From assembly GCA_002633005.1 (NCBI GenBank), contig NMRA01000221.1:76644-140643 (forward strand): a stretch of DNA of 64,000 bases, read 5' to 3'. The DNA is from Phoronis australis. Lineage: Eukaryota > Animalia > Phoronida. The notes below the pieces were generated by a model, which saw only the letters and a list, made by a program, of their open reading frames with translations, was not told the origin of the DNA and did not search any database. The position numbers and the translations under genes were made by a program. Below are positions 53,425 through 64,000 of this stretch, piece after piece. Position 1 is the first letter of the stretch. Each line of letters opens with the position of its first letter.

Positions 53425-54480
53425 GTCCAATCTTGAATTGTTGCCAAATAAATGAGCCGACCATGCAAGCAATGCGTAGGCCTACACGTGCCATTTTCAA
53501 CTTTGCAATAAACTCAGAAGGGTATCTAGAGTTGCTGACTGTATCAAAGCTGTTGTTGGTAACAAACACCAAATCCCATCACACTTGGAAAAATTCAAAA
53601 CCGACAGAAGTACATGTACATGGTCAAAAAGCCTTTTGTTTTAGTCGTCTAAACCAGTGCAATATGTCGTTCAAGTACAGGTAAAGATGAGTTCTTGCGC
53701 ATGTTCGAACGCAGTAAAATATTCAAACAGACTTGTGTAATTGTTTTGGGTACGGGTTTTTCCAACAATTACATCACTTTTCATAGGCTGAATTAAGTGG
53801 GAGGGGGGGNTTTTCCATACCCCGCCGTTTACCTTAAACACCGGGGTTAGAACCAATTTTATTTAGTGGGAATGTTCATAGCATGATAACGGCTGTCGGT
53901 GCTACACACGCCATATCAACACCGTTTCCCCATTCTTAGCGGACAATTTCTTGAGCTATAGACTAAAGTAAGTTTTACTCGACTACGTGTGGTTTGTCGG
54001 GTATAATGGTGGCTTGGAAACGCAGACGAAGGTGTGCCAAGAATGCTTTGTTCTGATTGGTCAATTAAGCCGTCCGTCATAATCTGGGCGATAGGTCAAT
54101 TATCCAATCTTGAATTGTTGCCAAATAAATGAGCCGACCATGCAAGCAATGCGTAGTCCTACACGTGCCATTTTCAACTTTGCAATAAACTCAGAAGGCT
54201 ATCTAGAGTTGCTGACGGTATCAAAGCTGTTGTTGGTAACAAACACCAAATCCCATCACACTTGGAAAAATTCAAAACCGACAGAAGTACATGTACATGG
54301 TCAAAAAGCCTTTTGTTTTTAGTAGTCTAAACCAGAGCAATATGTCGTTCAAGTACAGGTAAAGATGAGTTCTTGCGCATGTTCGAACGCAGTAAAATAT
54401 TCAAACAGACTTGTGTAATTGTTTTAGGTACGGGTTTTTCCAACAATTACAACACATTTCATAGGCTGATTTAAGTGGGG
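53425..54480 (+). repeat. ~385-bp direct duplication (53425-53809 and 54102-54480) around a single N
   Basis: Near-identical sequence and duplicated spurious ORFs. Confidence 0.85.
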
Positions 54481-55774
54481 GGGGGGGCAAAAATAAAAAT
54501 GGAAGTGCGTGAGGAAACATTGAGGTTATTAATTATGAACATGCGGGTGAAACGTGAAACGAGACTTAAAAATGTGTGCAACTTCAGTTTATGAGTGCGG
54601 ACCGCCGGCGCAACCGTCTTTCCGTTTTTTGGGGTTTTTTTTAGTCCTCCGTCTGTTTTTCAGTGAAATCTTGAGAGGCTGGGTGCGCGAAAAGTTGTGA
54701 GGCTGCCGAGTTAGAATAACTAGGAATAATTACTGTAATTAATATTTATTACTGGATTAAATATTAATTATAGTAATAAATATTTATTTCAATAATTAAT
54801 TCTTGGCTGAGAAATTGTTAGTGGACTAAATCGCGAATTTTTACGGAAAAATATGACTTATGTCCCCTTTGGCCTACGATAAACGACCGTGTTTGGTCTG
54901 GCAACGGTTTATGAGAACTAAAACCTGGGAATTACTACTCTCAATCGGTAAATACACCCGGTGTTTATCTATTTACCAAGTGTCAGACGTGAACACGTTG
55001 TATGATGATGGCTGAGGAGCAATGTGTGTGTGCCGATTCACAAATGGTGGACGCCAATCTGCCTTCTTCATAATAAATAAATTCGCGCTTTATTTGACAA
55101 TTAAAGACTTTGGAACGATGTGACTGTACTATCAATGAAAATAATAAAACGGCATATCACTCATCAGAAAATGATGGACAGTCCCACGACCCAAGATTAT
55201 CGACTGAAAAGTACTGAGTCTCCTGCAAAGGGCCCCAGATTAACTTGACACTGAATATTAACGTCAGCTTCACACTGATGTTGGACTGGAACCGGATTGG
55301 TGTTCGACTATTCTAGTTTGACTTAGGGTGTAGCTGGAACATACTCTGAAATTTAGAGAATGGATTCGGCCAAAAAGGACCTACTTTTAGGGAGCTTCCA
55401 TGAAAAATTCAAAATAGGGAGTTCCCCGCAAAAAACTTGACCTGATTTCTCAAGATTATTTGATATCTTTAGTCACAGCTAATAACACCAGTAAACCTAT
55501 CTCAACCAGCAATCATCGCAAATATATGTTTTATGCGTTGTCGCCCTTTGAACCATCTTTTCTAAGAAAGGTTAAAAAGTCCTTAGTTTATGAAAAACTT
55601 TTCACACAACTGAGGATGTTAATCCACTTATCAATGAAAATATAAATCTAACTTGAAAGCAGGAAGCCTGTAGAATTATAACTTCACTTTGATGCCCAAC
55701 TGCCATTACTTGGATCACGTGACCATGTCTACAAAATGTGATTTAGAAAAAAGAAAGTAACATGACTAAATATC

Positions 55775-57165
55775 AAAAACCGGACGATCGCCGCACAAAT
55801 AAAAAAGTTCAATTCAACGTTTCGTCTTTTCATTAGACATCATCAGGATCATATTTACAACAATTTAGGACAACAAGTGCCAACATACAGTTCAGGTAAC
55901 ATCCATAGAGTGAAGTGAATATATGGTAAGTAGCTGGTCATCACCATAGCTGCAGGGTTACAGAGCTCTGCATGTTATTCAGAGAATCAGTGGCATGCTG
56001 GTTCTGAATGGCCAATGACTCTTCAATGTACAGTAACTCCTTATTAGGTTATCTTCAGATAATACTAACAGAGTTGGCTTGATGATTGTAGCTAATACAA
56101 TGCCTATATATGTTACTTTTCTCTGAGGTGTGATATTCTTTCAACCTGTCACAGAGGCGTCTCTGTGTGAGTCCTATATACAATTCCTCACAGTTGTCAC
56201 ATTCAACCTTATACACAACATTGCTCTTGTTCAATAAATTGATGGGTGACTTTAGTTTACACAGCATATTGGAAAGTTTCAGTTCAACTGCTTGGTCTAT
56301 GAATAAGGCGAGATAATTGACGTTTCAATTTTATACTACTTGGCCCGGTGTAACCAAGAGAAAAAAAAACTTTCTTTTTCTCGGGTCCAATAACAGCTAT
56401 CTTACCTTCCTCATTCATTTTTGAAAGAAAGTGCCTTTTACAGCTATTCAGAAAATTCAGAGGGTAACCACTGGAACGCAATAACTGGAAAATCATAGCT
56501 AAGTCACTATCAAAATTTAAATTGGTGGAGCAGATTCTCCAGGCACGGTGTAACAAGCAATTGACTAGACCTCTCTTGTACTGGATAGGCACAAAACTAT
56601 CAAATTTAAGATAAAGCCCAGAAAAACTGGGCTTACGATACACATATGTAACAACGGTGCTATTCTCACGTTTAACCAAGACATCTAGAAAAGGTAAACA
56701 CGACTCGCGCTCAGATTCAATGGTGAAGTTGATGGACGGATGCATATTGTTCATGTGATTAAAAAAGGTGTTGACTGAGCTCTTGGATGAAAACACAACA
56801 AATGTATCGTCCATATACCTACGATAAAATTGTGGTTTACAATCCGGTGGACAACTAGCCAGAGCCTCAGTTTCGAGATTGCACACGAAGATATTAGCTA
56901 ACACTGGTCCCAGGGGTGAACCCATGGCTACTCCGTCAATCTGCTCATAAAAGTTATCATCAAACAGAAAATGGTTCTGTTTAACAGCGATCGTGAGTAA
57001 CTTACGTAATTGGTTACGAGTCAATTTATGGACCTTGTCACTATCAATATACAGCTTGTTTAGACACAACTCAATGACTTCATCCACAGGTACATTAGTG
57101 AAGAGGCTGCAAACATGTAAAATACACATAAATGGAGCATCATTAAGTTCAAGGACTTTCTAACC
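55775..57165 (-). mobile_element. 5'-truncated Penelope-like retroelement: RT (56284-57129), GIY-YIG endonuclease (56055-56267), 3' end with hammerhead motif
   Basis: SLFTNVP, GVAMGSPLGP, YRRYMDD, LPFLDV; KSNVVYKVEC..C.ELYIG.T.RRL..R; frame break between RT and endonuclease; first catalytic Asp reads His (LHV). Confidence 0.92.
55816..55846 (-). ncRNA. Minimal hammerhead motif at the PLE 3' end
   Basis: Intact CTGATGA/stem II/GAAACGTT on - strand downstream of the GIY-YIG ORF. Confidence 0.65.
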
Positions 57166-57406
57166 GCTCTGGGCTAGGTACTAGAAAATTTTATACATTG
57201 GAGAGCGTTTGTCGTTCCATTATATTTGAAGCATTTTTCAGCAATATTAATAACTGTGACCATTATTGCTAACCAGTGCCGACATGTTACAGCTTTCATG
57301 CACATTCCCTGAAAGTAAAATAATTAAAACATATAAATAACGGGTTCGGGTCCACGCCGTGGCAAAAATCTTTTCAGACTTATGATCATAAGATCACGTG
57401 ATATGG

Positions 57407-58999
57407 TCAACAGGTGGCGTGCAAACCAGACTTAAAAATGTCTTTACGATTTGCATTTAAAAGAGCATCAGCAACGATAATTTCCGATTTTCGTCCTTCA
57501 CACTTGTTCATTACTCGAATTAATCTTCTCATGCTTGCACAGTATTCCGGGTTTATTTTGTCTCCATAAAGTTTTAGTCTCATAATATACGCGTCAAAAT
57601 GATATTGCAGTGCCAAATCAACTTTACCCATTCTGCAATACACTAGTCCTAAATTGTTCAACGTACGTGCTATTCCCAAGTCATCAATCTCTCCAATAAG
57701 ACTGCGTTTCATTTCAAGCGACTTCATAAGGAAATCACACGCGCGTTGGTGCTCTCTCGTCATGATATACACTGCTCCGATATTGTTTAGGCATTTTCCG
57801 ACAACCTGATGATCACGTGAACCGTACAAATTTCTTGCTAGAGTTAAAGAATCCTCAAAGTTCTGAAGCGCTTTCTCGGTGTTGTGCTTGTTAGCATATG
57901 CGACTCCGATTTTCAATAGCACTTCCACTGAGCTTTGCGAGACATCTTTTTTGTGAGCTAGGCTAAGCATATCTAATGTCTCTTCGCCATAGTTTGAAGC
58001 ACAACTCAAGTGTCGTGTCACCTTGAGTAGGTACTCAACGTCGATCATACTTCTTTCGACTTCAGGATGATCGGCAGTCTTGTTAATCCTTTTTTTCATA
58101 TCAAGACACTCGATTAGATATTTTCGACCCTCTTCAAGATCTCCTTTAGCCATATGCAAACCCCCGATTTCACAAAGGTTCTCAGCGATTAACAAATGAT
58201 CCACGTCTCCAAAGAGTCTTCTGTGCATGTTAAGGGACTCATGATACTTCATCGCTTCATCAAGTTTCCCTAAGCTGACAAAGATTTTCCTGATATAGCA
58301 AAGTCTTTCAGCTATGAACTTGTTGTCTCCACCCTCAAAATGCTTTTTTCCGAGGTTCAATGAATTTGCAAAACTTATGTATATGTCTATATTTAATGTC
58401 TTTCTCAGCGCCAAAGCTCTTTCGAGTAATTCCATTGCTTCGTCATACTTTCCCAAACAGAGCTTTGCACGATGCATAGCTTCCAGATTTAATACGATTA
58501 TTGGATCATTCGAGCCTGGACACTGTTCCCAGTATTGTATTGCTTCTGAAAAGCCATCTGAAGCATCACTATACTTTCCCATTTTTAGGTACAATTTTGC
58601 CAAGTTTTGAAGCACATTCGGCACGAGAGGATGACAGCCAGTTCCATGAAGTCTTAAAGTTATATCGCGTGATTCTACGAGACAAAATAAAGCGTCTTCA
58701 AAATTTTCCACAAAGTAGTAGGCATTTCCAAGGTTCATCAAGGAACTAGCCAAATCCAGATGATCTTTTCCACCTAATAGCCTCCTCAACATGTCTACCG
58801 ACGATTTAGAATTGTTGACGGCGTTTTCAAACTCTCCAAGATTTTGGTATAAACAACCAATATTATCTAAGGCTATGGCAATTTCCAACTTGTCATCATC
58901 GCCATGTATATTCCTTAAGATATCTATAGCCTGAGTGAGCAGTTGTAGAGATAAATGGTAATTTTTACTACCCATGAGTGCTCTTGCCCTTTGAGTCAA
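57407..58999 (-). CDS. Tetratricopeptide-repeat protein, copy 1 (5' end uncertain)
   Basis: 530-aa intronless ORF with repeated A..LNNLG..Y..G....A....SL.M.R...G..H units typical of kinesin-light-chain/nephrocystin-3-like TPRs. Confidence 0.8.
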   Translation of the reverse strand: MTQRARALMGSKNYHLSLQLLTQAIDILRNIHGDDDKLEIAIALDNIGCLYQNLGEFENAVNNSKSSVDMLRRLLGGKDHLDLASSLMNLGNAYYFVENFEDALFCLVESRDITLRLHGTGCHPLVPNVLQNLAKLYLKMGKYSDASDGFSEAIQYWEQCPGSNDPIIVLNLEAMHRAKLCLGKYDEAMELLERALALRKTLNIDIYISFANSLNLGKKHFEGGDNKFIAERLCYIRKIFVSLGKLDEAMKYHESLNMHRRLFGDVDHLLIAENLCEIGGLHMAKGDLEEGRKYLIECLDMKKRINKTADHPEVERSMIDVEYLLKVTRHLSCASNYGEETLDMLSLAHKKDVSQSSVEVLLKIGVAYANKHNTEKALQNFEDSLTLARNLYGSRDHQVVGKCLNNIGAVYIMTREHQRACDFLMKSLEMKRSLIGEIDDLGIARTLNNLGLVYCRMGKVDLALQYHFDAYIMRLKLYGDKINPEYCASMRRLIRVMNKCEGRKSEIIVADALLNANRKDIFKSGLHATC

Positions 59000-59129
59000 A
59001 TACTCTACTTCCTTTGACTGTTTGCTTTGTGCTGTCTATCACATATCGTATGCCAAACGTGCATATTTCATTTCATTAGCATCGTCCCCTTCATTTGCAA
59101 ATGTTCTGCTAATGAGACTGAAGCATTCN

Positions 59130-59325
59130 GAAAATGGTTCTGTTTAACAGCGATCGTGAGTAACTTACGTAATTGGTTACGAGTCAATTTATGGACCTTG
59201 TCAGTATCAATATACAGCTTGTTTATACACAATTCAATGACTTCATCCACGGGTACATTAGTGAAGAGGCTGCAAACATATAGACTACACATAAATGGTG
59301 CATCATTAAGTTCACGGACTTTCTA
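59130..59325 (-). mobile_element. Second copy of the PLE RT 5' junction, cut by the N at 59129
   Basis: Near-identical to 56970-57165 (CSLYVCSLFTNVPVDEVIELC). Confidence 0.85.
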
Positions 59326-59569
59326 ACCGCTCTAGGCTAGGTACTATAAAATTTTATCCATTGGAGAGCCTTCGTCGTTTCATTATATTTGAAGCGTTTT
59401 TCAGCAATATTAATAACCGTGACCGTTATTGCTAACCAGTGCCGACATGTTACAGCTTTCAGGCACATTCCCTGAAAGTAAAAGAATTAAAACATATGAA
59501 TAACTGGTTCGGGTCCACGCCGTGGCAAAAATCTTTTCAGACTTATGTTCATAAGATCACGTGATATGA

Positions 59570-61158
59570 TCAACAGGTGGCGTGCAAACCAGACTTAAAA
59601 ATGTCTGTAAGTTTACGACTTGCATTTAAAAGAGCATCAGCAACGATAATTTCCGATTTTCGTGCTTCACACTTTCTCCTTACTCGATTTAATCTTCTCA
59701 TGCTGGCACAGTATTCCGGGTGTATTTTGTCTCCATAAAGTTTTAGTCTCATAATATACGCGTCACAATGATATTGCAGTGCCAAATCAACTTTACCCAT
59801 TCTGCAATACACCATTCCTAAATTGTTCAACGTACGCGCTATTCCCAAGTCATCAATCTCTCCAATAAGACTGCGTTTCATTTCAAGCGACTTCATAAGG
59901 AAATCACACGCGCGTTGGTGCTTTCTCGTCATGATATACACTGCTCCGATATTGTTTAGGCATTTTCCGACAACCTGATGATCACGTGAACCGTACAAAT
60001 TTCTTGCTAGAGTTAAAGAATCCTCAAAGTTCTGAAGCGCTTTCTCAGTGTTGTGCTTGTTAGTATATGCGACTCCGATTTTCAATAGCACTTCCACTGA
60101 GCTTTGCGAGACAACTTTTTTGTGAAGTAGGCTAAGCATATCTAATGTCTCTTCGCCATAGTTTGAAGCATAACTCAAGTGTTGTTTCACCTTGAATAGG
60201 TACACAACGTCGATCATACTTCTTTCGACTTCAGGATGATCGGCAGTCTTGTTAATCCTTTTTTTCATATCAAGACACTCGATTAGATATTTTCGACCCT
60301 TTTCAAGATCTCCTCTAGCCATATGCACACCCCCGATTTCACAAAGGTTCACAGCGATTGACAAATGATCCACGTCTCCAAAGAGTCTTCTGTGCATGTT
60401 AAGGGACACAACATGATACTTCATCGCTTCATCAAGGTTCCCTAAGCTGTCAAAGACTTTCCCGATATAACAAAGTGTTTCAGCTATGAACTTGTTGTCT
60501 CCACCGAGGTTCAATGAATCAGTTTGAAACTGCATTGCTTGTTTATCCATGTACTTTGTCATAGCGTCATAAACAATTGCTAAATTTGCAAAACTTATGT
60601 CTATGTCTATGTCTATGTTTGATGTCTTTCTCAGCGCCAAAGCTCTTTCGAGTAACTCCATTGCTTCGTCATACTTTCCCAAAAAGAGCTTTGCACGATG
60701 CATAGCTTCCAGATTTAATACGATTATTGGATCATTCGAGCCTGGACACTGTTCCCAGTATTGTATTGCTTCTGAAAAGCCATCTGAAGCATCACTATAC
60801 TTTCCCATTTTTAGGTACAATTTTGCCAAGTTTTGAAGCACATTCGGCACGAGAGGATGACAGCCAGTTCCATGAAGTCTTAAAGTCATATCGCGTGATT
60901 CTACGAGACAAAATAAAGCGTCTTCAAAATTTTCCACAAAATAGTAGGCATTTCCAAGGTTCATCAAGGAACTAGCCAAATCCAGATGATCTTTTCCACC
61001 TAATAGCCTCCTCAACATGTCTACCGACGATTTCGAATTGTTGACGGCGTTTTCAAACTCTCCAAGATTTTGGTATAAACAACCAATATTATCTAAGGCT
61101 ATGGCAATTTCCAACTTGTCAACATCGCCATGTAAATCCCTTAAGATATCTATAGCCT
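59570..61158 (-). CDS. Tetratricopeptide-repeat protein, copy 2 (cut by the N at 61159)
   Basis: Highly similar to copy 1; ORF-track N-terminus beyond the N is unrelated repeat sequence. Confidence 0.8.
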
Positions 61159-64000
61159 NCCCCCCCCCCCCCCCTTCCTTGGCTGCCGCAAGAAAATAAA
61201 AAGGAAGAGCGTGAGGATACATTGAGTTCATTAAGCAACGCAGGTACCTAACTTACGGCTGAAAGGGGGCTCAACCAGCGCAATCGTTTGCCTTCTAGCA
61301 GTTTTTTTTCAAGCGATATGCAACCCACGAACGTTGAACGTTATTTAGTCGGTAATACAATGTCTAGACTTACCATCGTTTTGAATGTCTCCCGACATTG
61401 TGTCGTCTGTTTTCTTAGTTTCACCAGATGTTTGGAATCATTAACTGGAAGGAAAACATATATTTGTTAATTAGTTAAACGGAAATCATGACACCTGGGC
61501 AAGGGTACCTCATGATACAGTTATTCAAAAAGGAACAGTGTGCAAATTAGCGGCAATTGAACACATATTTGTCTCGGTAAAATTACAAAAAATAAGAATA
61601 ATAAAAGAAAATTTTCAATGTTGAAATAACCATGCAAATTATGTCAAGGCTTCGAATGGTAAGAAAATTATCACAAATGGCCTTGTTTACGAAATATATG
61701 CCTACACCGAAACCCTGCTAGAGTCTGGAGTCGATGTCAAAAAATTTAATGTCAAATCCAATGGATGCCAGTGGCTCACTTAAAACACTGTCATCATCTA
61801 TGTACTGTGTGGCAATGTAGAGATGTTCGTTAAAACTCCTGCCTTGTCACTGCGCCTAGACGTGTATTAACAAAGCCAAGAAGTGGTAAGAGTTCAGTGG
61901 CGGGCTTAGAGGGGGACCAAGGGGGCCATGCCCCCCATAAAATGCTCCCTAATTCCATTTGGCAGTTCGGGAGTGCGAATGTCTGACGATTAGAACCCAA
62001 TATGTATTATATTGTATTCTATTAGAGCCCATTATGTATTATATTGTATTCTGTCCACTCAATGTTATTCTGGTACACCAGAAAACTCTTTATGTCGATG
62101 GTGACTGTTATCACCAAAAATTCTTCCCATCAAATTTCATCTATATTTTTGGAATATCTTGCGGACTAATGAACACAAACAATGTCAGGCGCCAGGGTGA
62201 AACCATGGCAAAAGGCACATGCGTAGGGCCGGCGACAGTCGAGAAAAGGAAGACACCATAAAACTATAAGTCAATAACCAGAGCTAGCAGCCTTTGCGAT
62301 TCCCATTCACTAAGACATTTTTGTTAGAGTGGGGAATGAAGGGAAATTTTTGCAGTATGAATGGTATGAATGCACTTAAGAACTTGCACTTATGATTGCA
62401 CTTAAGAACTTGCACTTAATCAAACACATTTCGAAACGTCTGATTAAACTTGTTACATGAACAGATTTTCAAAATTATAATCACTCCAACTTTTAAAGCC
62501 AATAAGGCAATGCATTTTTCCGGGTAGGTCTCCTCTGCAATGAATAATGTTGTCATCTGTCGCTCTTTTCTCTTTCGTTTTTTCAAACTCTGTATCACTT
62601 CAATGTATATATGCGGAGCCTGACGGAGAAGGTCCTTGGTGATACCATCAGTTGCTGCTCATTTTTTGTTGTAGTGGAATGATTAGTAGCGCCCCCAGCT
62701 TTGATTACACCCATTTCCACCGTTATTCTGTTGTTTATTCACATCCCTTCCACTTAAGGGCCGTTCACGTAAGAAAGTCCTGATATAATGCTTTCTAGCA
62801 CATTCTGCACGTAAATCTACTTTTCGTAATGAACATTAAAATGGAAACTGTTTGCCCATATTTATTTTTCAGAAATTGTACATGCTTTTATGATGAAGCT
62901 ACTACAAACCCTCTCACCGTGATTCTGGTCTTGACTCGTTCCACTTCCTCTAGTAAATAAAAATACCCCTGTTTCCAAACAGACTCGTTCACTTACCTGT
63001 CTGATAATGCTTCGAGATTAGTCAGTTAGTCACTTGTGACGGAGGTTTATTAATTAACTTCTACGTTAAAAATCACTTACACAGAGCAAACAGTATCTCA
63101 AAGCCGTCACTGAACTCACCTAGCACAAGTTTCAAAGTGAAAATCGATGATGCGTGTTTATGTAGGGGAAGGTAGGGGGTTGTCGCTTTTGTCTCAATGC
63201 AATGGCGAGGTATTTCAGTGATGTTGGAAGGAATAAGGTTCGATTTCAGTCTAGGCGTGATCGAAGTATTTCCTTTTGTTTTCGTTATTTCTTTGTGTTA
63301 TTGCTGTTTGTTATATTCTTTACTTAAATAATTTATGACTGTGTATACACTGGAGGTAATGATTCGTTTTCTCGGCTAATTCTATTTACCGTAATCTTAC
63401 ATTGTCTCATACTTGTGTTGCAGTAAAAAAATCAAAGTATTTACCCCACTCGTGTGCACATGGATGTCTTTGACGCATGCGCATGCCCTCCCGCTCATAT
63501 GCGTTATAAGTTGCAATCTTAATCGTTCTCATTATATCTTGTTCAACCGGGATTTTTGCCCAAGAGCACGGTTATGACGGATCGTAATTCTTCCCCGGGT
63601 TCGTAAGTCCTGGCTATTTCCAACTCATAGGTAGACTTCCTGTTTTGTATTATGATGAATGGATAATTCGCAAGTGACTTGTCCGGCTAGGCCAACGATG
63701 TGTTCATGATTTGTGATGTTATTTCTTATTTTTAAAGTCAATTTGATAAATATGTCTTCGAAAACTAATCTTTCTGTACACAGAAAAAGCAATAACAATT
63801 CCGGTAATGCCTTATCGTCTTAGCGCATTTGCTCAGTGACAAACTCATAGGCGGATTTAGGGGGGGCCGCCCCCCCCCCCCCCTTGGCTGCCGCAAAAAA
63901 TAAAACGGTAAGAGCGTAGGGAAATGTTGAGTTTATTAATTAACCCCGGTAATTAAAATTGTACGGATGAAAAAAGATTTAAATGTGTGCAGTTTTAGTG

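Noticed and set aside
58314-61199. Plus-strand ORFs over the TPR genes
   Set aside because: Antisense shadows of the real ORFs
61159-61231. N-terminus MNSMYPH..GGGGG of TPR copy 2
   Set aside because: Lies across an N in a repeat also present near 63868-63950

Overview
AT-rich, repeat-dense animal genomic DNA with spliceosomal introns, probably a marine invertebrate (inference); not prokaryotic. The best-supported gene is a divergent multi-exon Rab GTPase on the + strand (coding exons 36950-47720, 184 codons assembled; terminal prenylation exon not found). Its introns hold a Helentron-type (HINE/DINE-like) element with a ~146-bp internal array, two short Penelope-like elements (PLEs) with inverted ends, 12-bp target-site duplications (TSDs) and hammerhead-ribozyme cores, a decayed mariner and several MITEs. 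At 55.8-61.2 kb (- strand) are two tandem copies of an intronless TPR-repeat ORF, each followed by the same 5'-truncated PLE (RT, plus GIY-YIG and hammerhead in the complete copy). Elsewhere: decayed Tx1/L1 and CR1/L2 LINEs, THAP-bearing repeats, local duplications, a 661-N gap, a candidate small secreted-peptide gene and a candidate ApoL-like pseudogene. All calls come from manual reading and translation; no searches were run.
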